Origin: a virus | Direction: 5' to 3' (one strand) | DNA length: 64,000 bases | IMG/VR virus record: IMGVR_UViG_3300032032_000001 | Location: 1-64,000 of that record | Shown here: piece by piece, positions 32,145 to 42,101 of the stretch | How positions within the stretch are numbered: position 1 is the first letter of the stretch | Layout of the letters: each line of letters opens with the position of its first letter | Position numbers and translations under genes: made by a program | Notes under the pieces: model-generated | The model's input: only the letters and a program-made list of their open reading frames with translations | Told to the model about the DNA's origin: nothing | Databases searched by the model: none

Positions 32145-32156
32145 GGAGATTTAACT

Positions 32157-35100
32157 ATGGCGTATAAGTATTTCGGGCGGCTCGCAGGTAAGACGCACAC
32201 GGCCCAAAAATCATTAACTGAGTCAGCGCCACCAAACACGCTGACCCCGTTTAATCCGCAGGCACCAGCCACCAAGCTCCTTGCATACGGCGAAGACGCC
32301 ACGAGCTTGACGTTCAACAGAGCGTTAAGTGCGTTGGCCTCAAACGTGGACCATATCGCCGCCGTGCTGGACGCGCCGACCACTAAATACGAAATCATTC
32401 AGCCGTACAGACAGACCATCGACGGCGACTGGACTGAAGGCCAGTGGAATCATGGCTGTGTATCTCTCGGCCAACAGAGCATGAGCGGGATCGAAACTGG
32501 CCAAGAAGAACTTCATATGCCAGAGGTCGCGTCACTTGACCCGACACCGTCGTACTGGGTCCATCTAGGGATTCATAAGTCCAACCTTCCTGAGCGTGTG
32601 CGGTTTTTTCGCGTACAGAACTCGATAGTCGGCTCTCCGCAGAGCACGGGCTACAACCTGCACAGTGAAGTCACCTCGGGCGCTCCCAACCCTGAAATTG
32701 ACGGGCACGCAGTTCCCTCAGTTCATCACATCGCTAGGCCTGAAGACGCCTACCTCAACACGGCGCTTCATTCTGCTACGCAGTCATATTTTGATTACAC
32801 ATACAAAACCCAAGGGACTCAGCAGTATTTGGGTACTGAGGATCACGGGGTAGTTATCCATATTCCGCCAATTGAGCGGATGAAGCCGAACATCGCACCG
32901 TACGCGATGGACTGGCACTCGGAGCCTATTTATAAATGGGATGCCGACGGGGTGTACCTCAAGTCGTCTACCTTCGCGTCTCTCAACCTTAGGCCGGGGT
33001 GTTTTGTTGAGATCTCCGGCGACGGGGACGAGTCGGTAAACAAAGGAAACAATGGGCTTTTCCAGGTCGCCGCCATTGGGAAGAGCGATCACCTGCCATC
33101 CATGGGCGGGCCCGGGGATAAGGCAATCTTGACAAGAGGCGGCCTCTGTAAGGTCACTGTTAGAGATTGGCGCATTTACGGTCGAGGCGAGCTAGTGTCT
33201 TGGGCAAGCGCACCGAACCACATGGACCAAGAGGACAACACCGCACAAAAGCCGGGTCTTCGTAAAAATTATGCACACGTTGCATATATAATCCCACGGC
33301 CAGACATCACAGGGAACCCTACGGACGAGCCGGGAGATGTCTACTTAGCCAGTTACGCAGCCGCTGATGATGCTCCGGATGCGATTGGTTTTGGCCCAGC
33401 AACAAAAGCGGGCACACCCGCTGTGGCCGGGTCTGAGAGATATTCTGGAAGGTACCGTTACGGTGACATTGGCTCACCTGATCAAGAGGGGGTTGTGCGG
33501 GACCACACTGGGTCCATTATCATGGACGCCTTGCAGAACCACGGAATCCTTCCCGGCACGCGTCTGTACCACGGCCACGCACACTTCTACCCAGGGAACT
33601 CCCCGTGGGGGACGGCATATCCAGCCGCGTACTCCGAAGTAATGGGGGAGCTAGACGGCGTTCCTGATGGAATCGTTGGTCCCGGCGAGCCCGTAGTCTT
33701 CGACACGGAAACAATGCCGGGGAAAGTTTGGCCATGTGCTCCGTCAGGGTTCGTTCTCAACCCGTCTTTCTCTTTTCACCCGGAAAACTCTCTGTATGCG
33801 GGTGAATACTGTGCTGAGGTCAAGACGCTCACTACGGTCAAGGAATCCCTCTCACCGAACAATGCGGTGAAGGGTGACAGGAAGAAGCCAGAGATATCCA
33901 TCTTGCGAGCTTGGCATAAGTTCATCAGGACAGGGCACATCTCCCCATCAAACGCCCCATGGAACGGGGCTGGTCATTCTTCAGACCCCTCTGCCGCAAT
34001 CATCCCCCCGAAGGGCGATGACTTAAACGTCATGGGTGCGCCGACAAGGACAATCCTTGGCGGGGACCTTTGGCACGTTGTCTTTGAACACCACTTCGGC
34101 ACAGACCACGGGTCTCTCCAATCCGCCTATAATAAGTATCTCCAGATTGGTGGCATGAATGAGTGGGTAGGTGACCACGCCAGCGTTAGCGTTGGGCCAG
34201 ATAAAATTTACTACCCTGTCTTCTTGAACAGCCCCGTAGTAGGTCGGCCATCAACCAGGGCCCGATTCTCCAGCATTAGCGCGGACCACGCGGTCATTTA
34301 CGATGTAAACGTGAAACCGGACGGCGAGTGGTCAACCCAAGGCTGGGACGGGTGGGATTACGGGATGGAAAGAGGCTGGCCCATCGAGGTCGGCACCATT
34401 TTAGCGTTTCCGACCGTTGACGGCAATGTGTCCTGGAAGGTGGCCTACATAGCTAAGGCACCATACGTTGATGACGCACAGGGCCGGGGAATGATCCCCG
34501 GGTACGGACTGAACGCCGCTTACAACACAGACTATTCGGCGAGCCCACTCATGCGTGGGCCAAACGACATTGGCGCTTCGTCTCACAAGGCTGGCTTTGG
34601 TAATGTGATCTGGGTTAACCCCCTAAGACCATTCACCACGGTTCTTCCTGGCGGGGACACGCTTAGCGACGGGGGAACCCACGAGGATGGGTGGAACGGT
34701 TCTTTCGCCAAGGGAGAGATTGCGCATCTGACTAGGTCAAACAATGACCTATACATTTCGCTACACCGCCTTTGCTCTAGAGACAACGACCACGTTCGAG
34801 CAGAAGTAGCGGTTAAGTACGCATCTTCTTCTGCGCAAGTATTAGACGATAATGGCGCAGCCTATGGGCAGCGTAGTTACGATGAGAGCATGGTTGGCGG
34901 CGATGCCCGATCAACCAGAATGCTTCTCACGGACCCGACAACGCAGACGTTCGGAAGCTCTCCTGAGATTGGCGCTTGGGATGTTCCGAATATCGGCCTC
35001 GACGAGATGCACTCTACCTATAGAGATGGCAACTACCCGAAGCATGGCGTGTATCTCTCAAGCAACTACTCAAAGGTAAACGAGAAGTACACATACCCAA

Positions 35101-38100
35101 ACCCCGGTGGCCTAGAAAACAAGCCAGCGTTTGATGCTAGGTCTACCCCGATTGAGATGCAGGATAGGAGTATTCTGGGATCTATTGAGGGTGTCTTATT
35201 GGGGAACTACTCCCCCTTCCACGAGTCCATCGGGACAGGAACCGAGGGCGGCAGGGGCTTATACGACGCCGATAGTTTCGGAGCATTATCTAACGGGGTC
35301 ATTAAGGGTGGCAGAGCGTGGATCAAGCGACAGGAGATCCATAACGGCGCGAGCGATGCTGTTGGTAATCTTTGGGATAACCAAGTCCTGATGACCAACG
35401 CATATCTTCATGTTGGTGGGGCGAAGTGGTTCCAACTTGCCCAAACGCTTACGTTTGCTGTGAACGGAAACTACCTGATCAGTTGGTGTGCGGATCGTAA
35501 AAAGTATATTACTGAGTCAATCACAGAACATTCAAGCGGGCTCATTGAAAACTCTGGTCCACCCACCACGCACTGGGAGGTAGGCCAGGACGCTCGTAAA
35601 ATCTGCTGCTACATCGCGTCAGTAAGCGGCGGTGTTGTTCAGTCTGTAACCGACGTTCGCCTTAGGGTGGGGCGGCAGGACCAAAAGACAAACATCTATG
35701 TTGGCTCCATAAACCCGCTACACGGGCAATCATCACATTTTAATATGATGCACAATGGTGGTTACATCGATGACTCGATGAATTTTAGTACCCTTGGGGA
35801 GGCTTTTGCGGCCTTAACTTTTTGGACCAAGAACTCATCCATTAACAGGCGATGGACTGTCGAAGTCGTTGGCCCGACATTCGAGAGCTATTGGAGATGG
35901 GATAAGACTGCGTACGACAGTAACCTAGCACCGGACGACTCGGCAGAAACTCGCGGCATCGAGTTCCCGATTAAAATCCCATGCAACGGTGTTACCGTGC
36001 GGGGTATTCGCGGGAAGAACGCTGGCGACGGCAAGAACGATGACCTAGCAGGATCCAACTTTTTGTACGCCCACGCTGGATGGGAAAAGGGCGACAACGT
36101 CAAAGAGTCACAGGAAGATGATCGTAATAAGTCTCCTGTTATTTACTGGAAGCACCCACTAGATCGGCCTGTTCCAGGACTGTTTGACCTTGACGGGCGA
36201 TATGGGATTACCTTTGAAAATCTTAGCTTTCATTACCAAGGGACTATAGACTCCTCATTTAGTTCACACACTGATTGGGGCCCTGATTATCGTCGCGACG
36301 TTCCTCAGGATGTTGTCTTCTGTGCGGGGAATGAGGCCTACTTGGATGAACAGCTTCAGGACATTGACCCCGGGGATCAAAACCTCGGTGCTCACGGCAG
36401 AGACAGGGAAGCGTTTGATCATTTGTACGGTAGCCACACAACGCCGTCCAATATGGCATACAGCGGTGGCTGGAAGTTTAGCAACCTGTATGTCCGAGGC
36501 GGCGGTGGCCTCTTAACCACTCTCGATGCGAGATACTCACTAGACAACGTTATCGTCAAAGACTGCCACGCACATGATGTCATGAGCTTTGTCACGATGG
36601 GGATCGACCTGTTCAATATGCCCCACTCTTCTTGGGATCATAAGCAGCAGAGAGGCAAGCATCATACACGGGTTGTTATCGAGAACAACAAGGCGTCCTT
36701 CCCAGGAATACGCCATATTATAAATGGCCAAACCGGTGAAACGGAAATTCACGGAACCTTGACGCACTATGCCCCGGGCACCTTTAATGCTGGCGGTCCT
36801 TTTGAGGAGCAGTGGGAAGACCCGTTTGAGATCACGTATGGCGACGGTGCTGGGTACGACGGGGAGATAACGCCCAATGGCGCGAAATACTTCTGCGGCG
36901 TCTACGCATCACAGTGTAAGGAGATCTACGTAAAAAATAATACGTTCAAGAGCTTCTATGCGGGGGTGGTTTTCGGAAGACCACTTAAGATGAACGTGAG
37001 CCCTGCTTCAGGCTTTAACCAGGAGCCTTTCTGTGAGGGTTACATCGAAAGCAATGTAATCCAGAACACGCAAAGCCATGGGGTGTACGTTTTATCGCAG
37101 ACATCTCCGTCAAACATTCATGTCAAGAATAACACCATCAAAGACCCAGGAATCCCCTACGGGGCGGGAGAACCATGGTCAGGTTCGAACGCGCACCCGA
37201 ACATTTTTGATCACGAGGCATGGGGCATCAAGCTCCTAGCCGGTGGGACTGTTTGTTCTGGGAACGTTATTAATAATACGTGGCGGACCTCGCCCGAACT
37301 AAACTGGGGGTCCGGGAATGAGGGTCACCTGTTCTGCGACAGGACGGGGACAGCATTCCCTGCGTTCTCTAGGTTATACCCAACGGCTGGTGGTATTTAC
37401 GCATACTCCACGAAGACCGGGACGGTGGACCCAAGCAACCCTCTTGAGGGGGAGTGTGTCGGCGTAGAGAATATCATAACCAATAACCACATCTTGTTAT
37501 CTGGGCGAGCTACCTTTGGGGTGCTCATATCAACCGGGTCTTACGGGACACAGGTTATGGACAATAAAATTATCCACGAAGGGTCCCCTGTTCAGGCGGA
37601 CGTGCCAGACTATTCGTCCCAAGACTTCATGGACAACCTCTTCAGATACCCGTGGGGCGTTTGGACTGGGAAGCAGTGCAACAGAACCCAGATCGTTGGG
37701 AACCAGTTGGGCGCGAATGTCTTCATCGCGGAGGAGTCACCCAATTCGATTATCTCGGGGAACTTGGTGTCTATGCCATACTCCATGAGCAAGCCTAAGG
37801 CACAGAATGGGGATGGTGGATGCTTAGTCTATACCTCTTCTTGGGGGACGAGTATTATTAATAATAAACTCTCCTGCGGAAACATTACCATGGGAGGGGT
37901 CGGTACCGGTGTTTCGGACTCAAGAATTACAGGCAACAACCTAGCGCCGTTTGGTGAGGTCCGTATCGACACGTCATCATGGAACGTACTAGATAACGGG
38001 GCCACTGCTTGGACGGCTATCACTATAAATGGATCAGGCTCCAATATTGTAGTCGATGATAACAACACCAACTTCGGCGACATCACTGCCGCGTCTGGCG

Positions 38101-39893
38101 GGCGTTGGCATAACATGAAGGTGACCAACAACAATACCGGACACCTAAGTACGTCAACCGACCACCCGGAATTAGATCCTACTACCCCTGATTATGTCGG
38201 GGGCCACATTTGGGTCAGGCAGGGTGATGGTTGCTCTATCACCAATAACAATACGTCAGGTGGGTTTATCGCCCTAGGTGACACCAGTTCATGGAACGAT
38301 AACTGGTCTCAAGTTGTAGATTTTTCGGCTCCCGGAGCTTCCGGATCGTGGGATTGCTATAACTCCTCTGTCTCGAACAACCGTACACACGGAGGGCCTA
38401 TCCTTGTTCACGGGTACGGCGCTACGATTACGGCGAACAATACTAGGAATGACAAGAACAGCACCAACAACTACTTCCAGTACGACGGACAGATTCGCGT
38501 ATATAATTCTTCCAAGTTAATCGTCAGCAACAACAATGTTCAATCAGGGATCGTAATCCAAGACTGTAGGGTGGGTAACGTTTCCGATAACATTTTTAGG
38601 GGCACAATCGAGCTAGTTGATGCACCTGACTTTGTAGTTGCAGACAACAACGGCGCACTCGAAAACTCATATGATGGCACCCTTTTACTAAAAAGTGACA
38701 TTACCGTAGCTAATTCCTCCGGCACCACTGTGCAGGGGAACAAGCTCATTCGTCAGGGAGGCATCACCTACAGAAACTATGGCGATACGAGCCGGAGCAG
38801 TAATGCTTACAACGCCGGGGTCGTACGTGTGTTTCCAGGAAGTAACACCAACAGCCCGAACAGTTGGTACGGCGGGAGCGTTCCTGCGCAAACAGCTGGA
38901 GATACCATTGAACGACTCGGCGGGGAGGTGCGCATCAGCGCTTCCAAGGGGGCGAGGATAGTTAATAATCAAGTGGCTAGGATCTTCTGTGAGGGCTCAG
39001 ACTTATTACGAATTCAGGGCAACCTGTGTGCCTATGGTGGCGCACGTCCTAAAAACAAGTATAACTGGGGGATCAAGATTGAGGGGCAGTCTGATAACTA
39101 CCTCATCGACGGTAATGAGGTTAAGGGGAACATCCAGATAACTGCGGCGGATGGAAACATAGGGTTGAGCAAATCAGCCGCTTCGTCTGGCGGAATGATC
39201 ACCGGTAACCGCGTTGGTACTGAGTCGATGACCGGAGCCATACACATTTCCAATGGCAATACAATTGGAACTGGTGGAACTGGTGATTGGCGCGGCGGTG
39301 GCGGCATGATTGTTGTTGATGAGATTGGTGGTTGTCACATAACTAACAATCATCTGAATGTGGGCGGCTATGCCGGTGCGCATTCTGGGTATAACTCTAA
39401 CAACGTCTATGACGGTTGTGAGTTTGGCTCCATCTATCTGAACAGGAGAAAGAGGGCCTCTTTCAGGTTGAATACAGCCTCCTCTCCCAATTTCACTATT
39501 TCTTGGCCCCGTTACCAGAAGTCTGTATATGTTGCTAACAACACTATGGGCTCCCTCTGGATTGCGGAACCCTCGTGGATAGAAGAGAACCCAGTGGGGA
39601 CGAATACTTTCCGTGCGCACATGGGGCTCCTACCTAACATGACCGCCAGCACCTCTTATAATGATTCGGGGAGCAACATCGGCGGGAACCACGAGATTAA
39701 CGGAACTGGCCAAATCGATCACTTCAATTATGTACTTGGACTGGATTTTAACTGGGCCTTCTCTGGGAACGCAGATAACTCTGGGTTTGTCCAGCACAAC
39801 AGCTTCATGACGGCACTGATGAGCCTTCCAATCGCCGCACACTGCGCTGGCAATATGTTAGCTAGCAACAATGACCCGGATGATCAGAACTAA
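32157..39893 (+). CDS. Tailspike/receptor-binding protein with right-handed parallel beta-helix
   Basis: GGAG RBS; 2578 aa; C-terminal ~1100 aa has dense [IV]-x-[NG]-N repeats (VIENN, VKNNT, IITNNH, IISGNL, ITGNN) typical of pectin-lyase-like beta-helices. Confidence 0.7.
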   Translation: MAYKYFGRLAGKTHTAQKSLTESAPPNTLTPFNPQAPATKLLAYGEDATSLTFNRALSALASNVDHIAAVLDAPTTKYEIIQPYRQTIDGDWTEGQWNHGCVSLGQQSMSGIETGQEELHMPEVASLDPTPSYWVHLGIHKSNLPERVRFFRVQNSIVGSPQSTGYNLHSEVTSGAPNPEIDGHAVPSVHHIARPEDAYLNTALHSATQSYFDYTYKTQGTQQYLGTEDHGVVIHIPPIERMKPNIAPYAMDWHSEPIYKWDADGVYLKSSTFASLNLRPGCFVEISGDGDESVNKGNNGLFQVAAIGKSDHLPSMGGPGDKAILTRGGLCKVTVRDWRIYGRGELVSWASAPNHMDQEDNTAQKPGLRKNYAHVAYIIPRPDITGNPTDEPGDVYLASYAAADDAPDAIGFGPATKAGTPAVAGSERYSGRYRYGDIGSPDQEGVVRDHTGSIIMDALQNHGILPGTRLYHGHAHFYPGNSPWGTAYPAAYSEVMGELDGVPDGIVGPGEPVVFDTETMPGKVWPCAPSGFVLNPSFSFHPENSLYAGEYCAEVKTLTTVKESLSPNNAVKGDRKKPEISILRAWHKFIRTGHISPSNAPWNGAGHSSDPSAAIIPPKGDDLNVMGAPTRTILGGDLWHVVFEHHFGTDHGSLQSAYNKYLQIGGMNEWVGDHASVSVGPDKIYYPVFLNSPVVGRPSTRARFSSISADHAVIYDVNVKPDGEWSTQGWDGWDYGMERGWPIEVGTILAFPTVDGNVSWKVAYIAKAPYVDDAQGRGMIPGYGLNAAYNTDYSASPLMRGPNDIGASSHKAGFGNVIWVNPLRPFTTVLPGGDTLSDGGTHEDGWNGSFAKGEIAHLTRSNNDLYISLHRLCSRDNDHVRAEVAVKYASSSAQVLDDNGAAYGQRSYDESMVGGDARSTRMLLTDPTTQTFGSSPEIGAWDVPNIGLDEMHSTYRDGNYPKHGVYLSSNYSKVNEKYTYPNPGGLENKPAFDARSTPIEMQDRSILGSIEGVLLGNYSPFHESIGTGTEGGRGLYDADSFGALSNGVIKGGRAWIKRQEIHNGASDAVGNLWDNQVLMTNAYLHVGGAKWFQLAQTLTFAVNGNYLISWCADRKKYITESITEHSSGLIENSGPPTTHWEVGQDARKICCYIASVSGGVVQSVTDVRLRVGRQDQKTNIYVGSINPLHGQSSHFNMMHNGGYIDDSMNFSTLGEAFAALTFWTKNSSINRRWTVEVVGPTFESYWRWDKTAYDSNLAPDDSAETRGIEFPIKIPCNGVTVRGIRGKNAGDGKNDDLAGSNFLYAHAGWEKGDNVKESQEDDRNKSPVIYWKHPLDRPVPGLFDLDGRYGITFENLSFHYQGTIDSSFSSHTDWGPDYRRDVPQDVVFCAGNEAYLDEQLQDIDPGDQNLGAHGRDREAFDHLYGSHTTPSNMAYSGGWKFSNLYVRGGGGLLTTLDARYSLDNVIVKDCHAHDVMSFVTMGIDLFNMPHSSWDHKQQRGKHHTRVVIENNKASFPGIRHIINGQTGETEIHGTLTHYAPGTFNAGGPFEEQWEDPFEITYGDGAGYDGEITPNGAKYFCGVYASQCKEIYVKNNTFKSFYAGVVFGRPLKMNVSPASGFNQEPFCEGYIESNVIQNTQSHGVYVLSQTSPSNIHVKNNTIKDPGIPYGAGEPWSGSNAHPNIFDHEAWGIKLLAGGTVCSGNVINNTWRTSPELNWGSGNEGHLFCDRTGTAFPAFSRLYPTAGGIYAYSTKTGTVDPSNPLEGECVGVENIITNNHILLSGRATFGVLISTGSYGTQVMDNKIIHEGSPVQADVPDYSSQDFMDNLFRYPWGVWTGKQCNRTQIVGNQLGANVFIAEESPNSIISGNLVSMPYSMSKPKAQNGDGGCLVYTSSWGTSIINNKLSCGNITMGGVGTGVSDSRITGNNLAPFGEVRIDTSSWNVLDNGATAWTAITINGSGSNIVVDDNNTNFGDITAASGGRWHNMKVTNNNTGHLSTSTDHPELDPTTPDYVGGHIWVRQGDGCSITNNNTSGGFIALGDTSSWNDNWSQVVDFSAPGASGSWDCYNSSVSNNRTHGGPILVHGYGATITANNTRNDKNSTNNYFQYDGQIRVYNSSKLIVSNNNVQSGIVIQDCRVGNVSDNIFRGTIELVDAPDFVVADNNGALENSYDGTLLLKSDITVANSSGTTVQGNKLIRQGGITYRNYGDTSRSSNAYNAGVVRVFPGSNTNSPNSWYGGSVPAQTAGDTIERLGGEVRISASKGARIVNNQVARIFCEGSDLLRIQGNLCAYGGARPKNKYNWGIKIEGQSDNYLIDGNEVKGNIQITAADGNIGLSKSAASSGGMITGNRVGTESMTGAIHISNGNTIGTGGTGDWRGGGGMIVVDEIGGCHITNNHLNVGGYAGAHSGYNSNNVYDGCEFGSIYLNRRKRASFRLNTASSPNFTISWPRYQKSVYVANNTMGSLWIAEPSWIEENPVGTNTFRAHMGLLPNMTASTSYNDSGSNIGGNHEINGTGQIDHFNYVLGLDFNWAFSGNADNSGFVQHNSFMTALMSLPIAAHCAGNMLASNNDPDDQN

Positions 39894-39908
39894 AAAGTAG
39901 GCGTAGCC

Positions 39909-39942
39909 GGAACTCCCCTCCCCATGACGGGGAGGGGGTTCC
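39909..39942. terminator. GC-rich hairpin between convergent blocks; probable terminator
   Basis: GGAACTCCCCTCCCC-ATGAC-GGGGAGGGGGTTCC lies between the stops at 39893 (+) and 39959 (-). Confidence 0.6.
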
Positions 39943-39958
39943 AAGCCCAATGAAAGAC

Positions 39959-40348
39959 CTAGCCAATCTTGCCTTCAGCGGCTGCTGCCTTGGCACCGCC
40001 CACAAGGGCTTCGGCCAACTGCCGCTTGTTCATCTTAGAGTATCCGGAGACACCCTGCTCACGAGCAGCGAGGCGCAAGTCCTTAACAGGCCTACTGCTC
40101 ATCACAGCTTGGACAGCCTCGGACGCGGCGGGTACTTTCTTTTTAGTATCCTTCTTTGCGGTGCGCTTCGCCGTAGTCTCGCTTGCGAGCTTCTTGGCAT
40201 TGGTGCGAGCGCGTCGCTTCTTGGCGCTACGTTTAATAGCGCCGGTGGTCCCTTCAATACCTTTCACGGTGTAGAAGGTGGCAACACCAACCATGACAGC
40301 TTGGATTGAACGAACAATAACAGGGTTACGAAGAATTCCACTTAGCAT
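39959..40348 (-). CDS. Membrane-anchored Rho-N/HeH domain protein
   Basis: AAGGAGG RBS before ATG 40348; hydrophobic IQAVMVGVATFYTV; Lys-rich linker; PVKDLRLAAREQGVSGYSKMNKRQLAEAL is the Rho_N motif. Confidence 0.7.
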   Translation of the reverse strand: MLSGILRNPVIVRSIQAVMVGVATFYTVKGIEGTTGAIKRSAKKRRARTNAKKLASETTAKRTAKKDTKKKVPAASEAVQAVMSSRPVKDLRLAAREQGVSGYSKMNKRQLAEALVGGAKAAAAEGKIG

Positions 40349-40402
40349 AATATCCTCCTTCAGGATTTGGTTGTGGATAGCGATAGAAGAGTATTCTTCC
40401 AT

Positions 40403-40424
40403 CACTATTCTTATGCCTAAAAAA
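40403..40424 (-). promoter_or_regulatory. Putative phage promoter P1 (TTTTTTAGGCATAAG-AATAGT-G)
   Basis: One of four copies of W-tract-GGYATAAG-N5-TG, each heading a - strand transcription unit. Confidence 0.65.
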
Positions 40425-40447
40425 GGGGGCACTTTTGCACCCCCTTA
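40419..40447 (-). terminator. Intrinsic terminator of the phosphatase gene
   Basis: Minus strand GGGGGTGC-AAAA-GTGCCCCC-TTTTTT just after the stop at 40453. Confidence 0.75.
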
Positions 40448-40452
40448 GTCCC

Positions 40453-41205
40453 CTAGCAGATGTGGATAGGGTCACAGTAAACGGAATCCGCCTTCACCGC
40501 GTGAAACCCAACGTTGTCGCCGTCCTTCAGGATTGCTGCGCAAAGGTGCCCACCATGAACACAGCCCAAGTCCAATCCCGTTGCGTGCTTAAACTCGACG
40601 GGGGAGTTGTGGGATGTGAACGGTTGGTGTCCGAAGTAGACATGTCCAAAACGACCATCGTAGATATCTGCCCAAAAGTCATCCTGAGGAGTCTCTTCCC
40701 CAAAGACGACCATTGACCCAGAGTCATCCACAAACCGAATGAACATTGTCCGCTCGGCCCTCTTTCGCTGCTTATTTGACATCTCACCCAAGACGGCAGG
40801 GAGCGCCTCCATCCTCGGGGTGATACCCCCGTGGACAACCACGAAATCATCACGTTTCACATATGTGACTACCTTGCTCCGTAGCCAATCGCGTAAATCC
40901 TGGTCTGTTGACTCCATAACGCCGGACAGCTCAGTAGCGTATTTCATCTCCATCGCTTTTTCGACGCCACCGTTCTCTACCTTCTTCCAGAATCGAATGT
41001 TTCTCGACTCGTGATTTCCCTGGACTACCGTCGCCTTGTCGCCAAGGTTTCGGACGTACTTGAGAACTCCGGAGCTATCTGGGCCCTTATCAACCAAGTC
41101 CCCAACGAATATATACTCCGTCACCCCACGGTCGCTCAGGTCTCCAATAAGCACCTTTAGTTCTTTGAGACATCCGTGAACATCTCCAATAATTGCTGTA
41201 GCCAT
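40453..41205 (-). CDS. Metallophosphoesterase (PPP/ApaH/PrpE-like phosphatase)
   Basis: GDVHG, GDLVDKG, GNHE, VHGG, FGH and LDLGC motifs; AAGGAGG RBS. Confidence 0.9.
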   Translation of the reverse strand: MATAIIGDVHGCLKELKVLIGDLSDRGVTEYIFVGDLVDKGPDSSGVLKYVRNLGDKATVVQGNHESRNIRFWKKVENGGVEKAMEMKYATELSGVMESTDQDLRDWLRSKVVTYVKRDDFVVVHGGITPRMEALPAVLGEMSNKQRKRAERTMFIRFVDDSGSMVVFGEETPQDDFWADIYDGRFGHVYFGHQPFTSHNSPVEFKHATGLDLGCVHGGHLCAAILKDGDNVGFHAVKADSVYCDPIHIC

Positions 41206-41251
41206 AAGGCTATCCTCCTTGTGGTTGTGTTTTGGTAAGGAACTTTCCTTA

Positions 41252-41273
41252 CATAGCTCTTATGCCATTATTA
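41252..41273 (-). promoter_or_regulatory. Putative phage promoter P2 (TAATAATGGCATAAG-AGCTAT-G)
   Basis: Same motif and spacing as P1, P3 and P4; followed by hairpin GTAAGGA-AAGT-TCCTTAC. Confidence 0.65.
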
Positions 41274-41293
41274 GTGTGTGATATTGCGTAGAT

Positions 41294-41334
41294 AAAAAAA
41301 GGGAGAGAGCCTTCGTAAGAAGACCCTCTCCCTT
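41294..41334 (-). terminator. Intrinsic terminator after the AT-hook protein gene
   Basis: Minus strand GGGAGAGGGTCTTC-TTAC-GAAGGCTCTCTCCC-TTTTTTT; the two G-U wobbles form only in the - strand RNA. Confidence 0.85.
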
Positions 41335-41360
41335 AACCACAACCCCGAAGGAGGACGGGA

Positions 41361-42101
41361 TTACTTTACGTACTTACTTGGATCAGGGACCTTGGTAAGG
41401 TCTTTGATCATGGGCTCGTCCTCCTCAACAATAATACTGTTGATGATGTACACGAGTGTATTCGTAAGTAGGTTATTTGCCTGAGTCTGTTCTTGGCGGA
41501 TCGCCTGTAGTTGACTTTCAAGCTCAGAGAGCTTGCTCATCAAGGCGGTCGCGGCAGGATTTTTCTCAGTTGTTTTGATTTCCAGATCCGCAGGGGCGGC
41601 CTCTGCAACCTCATCAACCTCCTCAACCTTCTTAAATCCCGTAGTTGCTTTTCGCTTAGGGCTTTTGGTTGACTTCTTGATCGGTGCCACAGCTGGCTTA
41701 GCTACTGCCTCTGGCTTTTTACGGGGTCGCCCCCTCTTCTTCTTAGGCTCTTCCACCACAGCCTCGACAGGGGTCTTTACCTCTTCCGAGACCTCGTCGC
41801 TGGTGTCCTCATCGGTCCCCTCAGGGGGCCAGGACGGGGCGGTGCATTCGCCAAGAATAAATTTTTGTAGACGCTTGATGTAACTTCCAACACCCGTTCT
41901 AAAGGTGTCTTCAATTCCTACGCCGCTGATACTAAGCCCAGCAAACTCTTCTGCTCGCTCATGAATCCATGAGACTACTTCAGCCTCTTTCATGGTGTAA
42001 GCATCGAGAGGCTCTAAGCCCATTCCTACGATTGCAATTTTTCTCAATTCGGCACGGTCTAAAGGACCGAGCATTTTCTTTGTAAAGCGTTTAGTCGCCA
42101 T
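41361..42101 (-). CDS. AT-hook DNA-binding protein with C-terminal coiled coil
   Basis: GGAGG RBS before ATG 42101; PKKKRGRPRKKP AT-hook; LMSKLSELESQLQAIRQEQ heptads. Confidence 0.65.
   Translation of the reverse strand: MATKRFTKKMLGPLDRAELRKIAIVGMGLEPLDAYTMKEAEVVSWIHERAEEFAGLSISGVGIEDTFRTGVGSYIKRLQKFILGECTAPSWPPEGTDEDTSDEVSEEVKTPVEAVVEEPKKKRGRPRKKPEAVAKPAVAPIKKSTKSPKRKATTGFKKVEEVDEVAEAAPADLEIKTTEKNPAATALMSKLSELESQLQAIRQEQTQANNLLTNTLVYIINSIIVEEDEPMIKDLTKVPDPSKYVK

Noticed and set aside
41348-41360. + strand AAGGAGG as the RBS of an unannotated gene
   Set aside because: No start codon at usable spacing, and it points into the 3' end of a - strand gene; kept only as the antisense-element finding.
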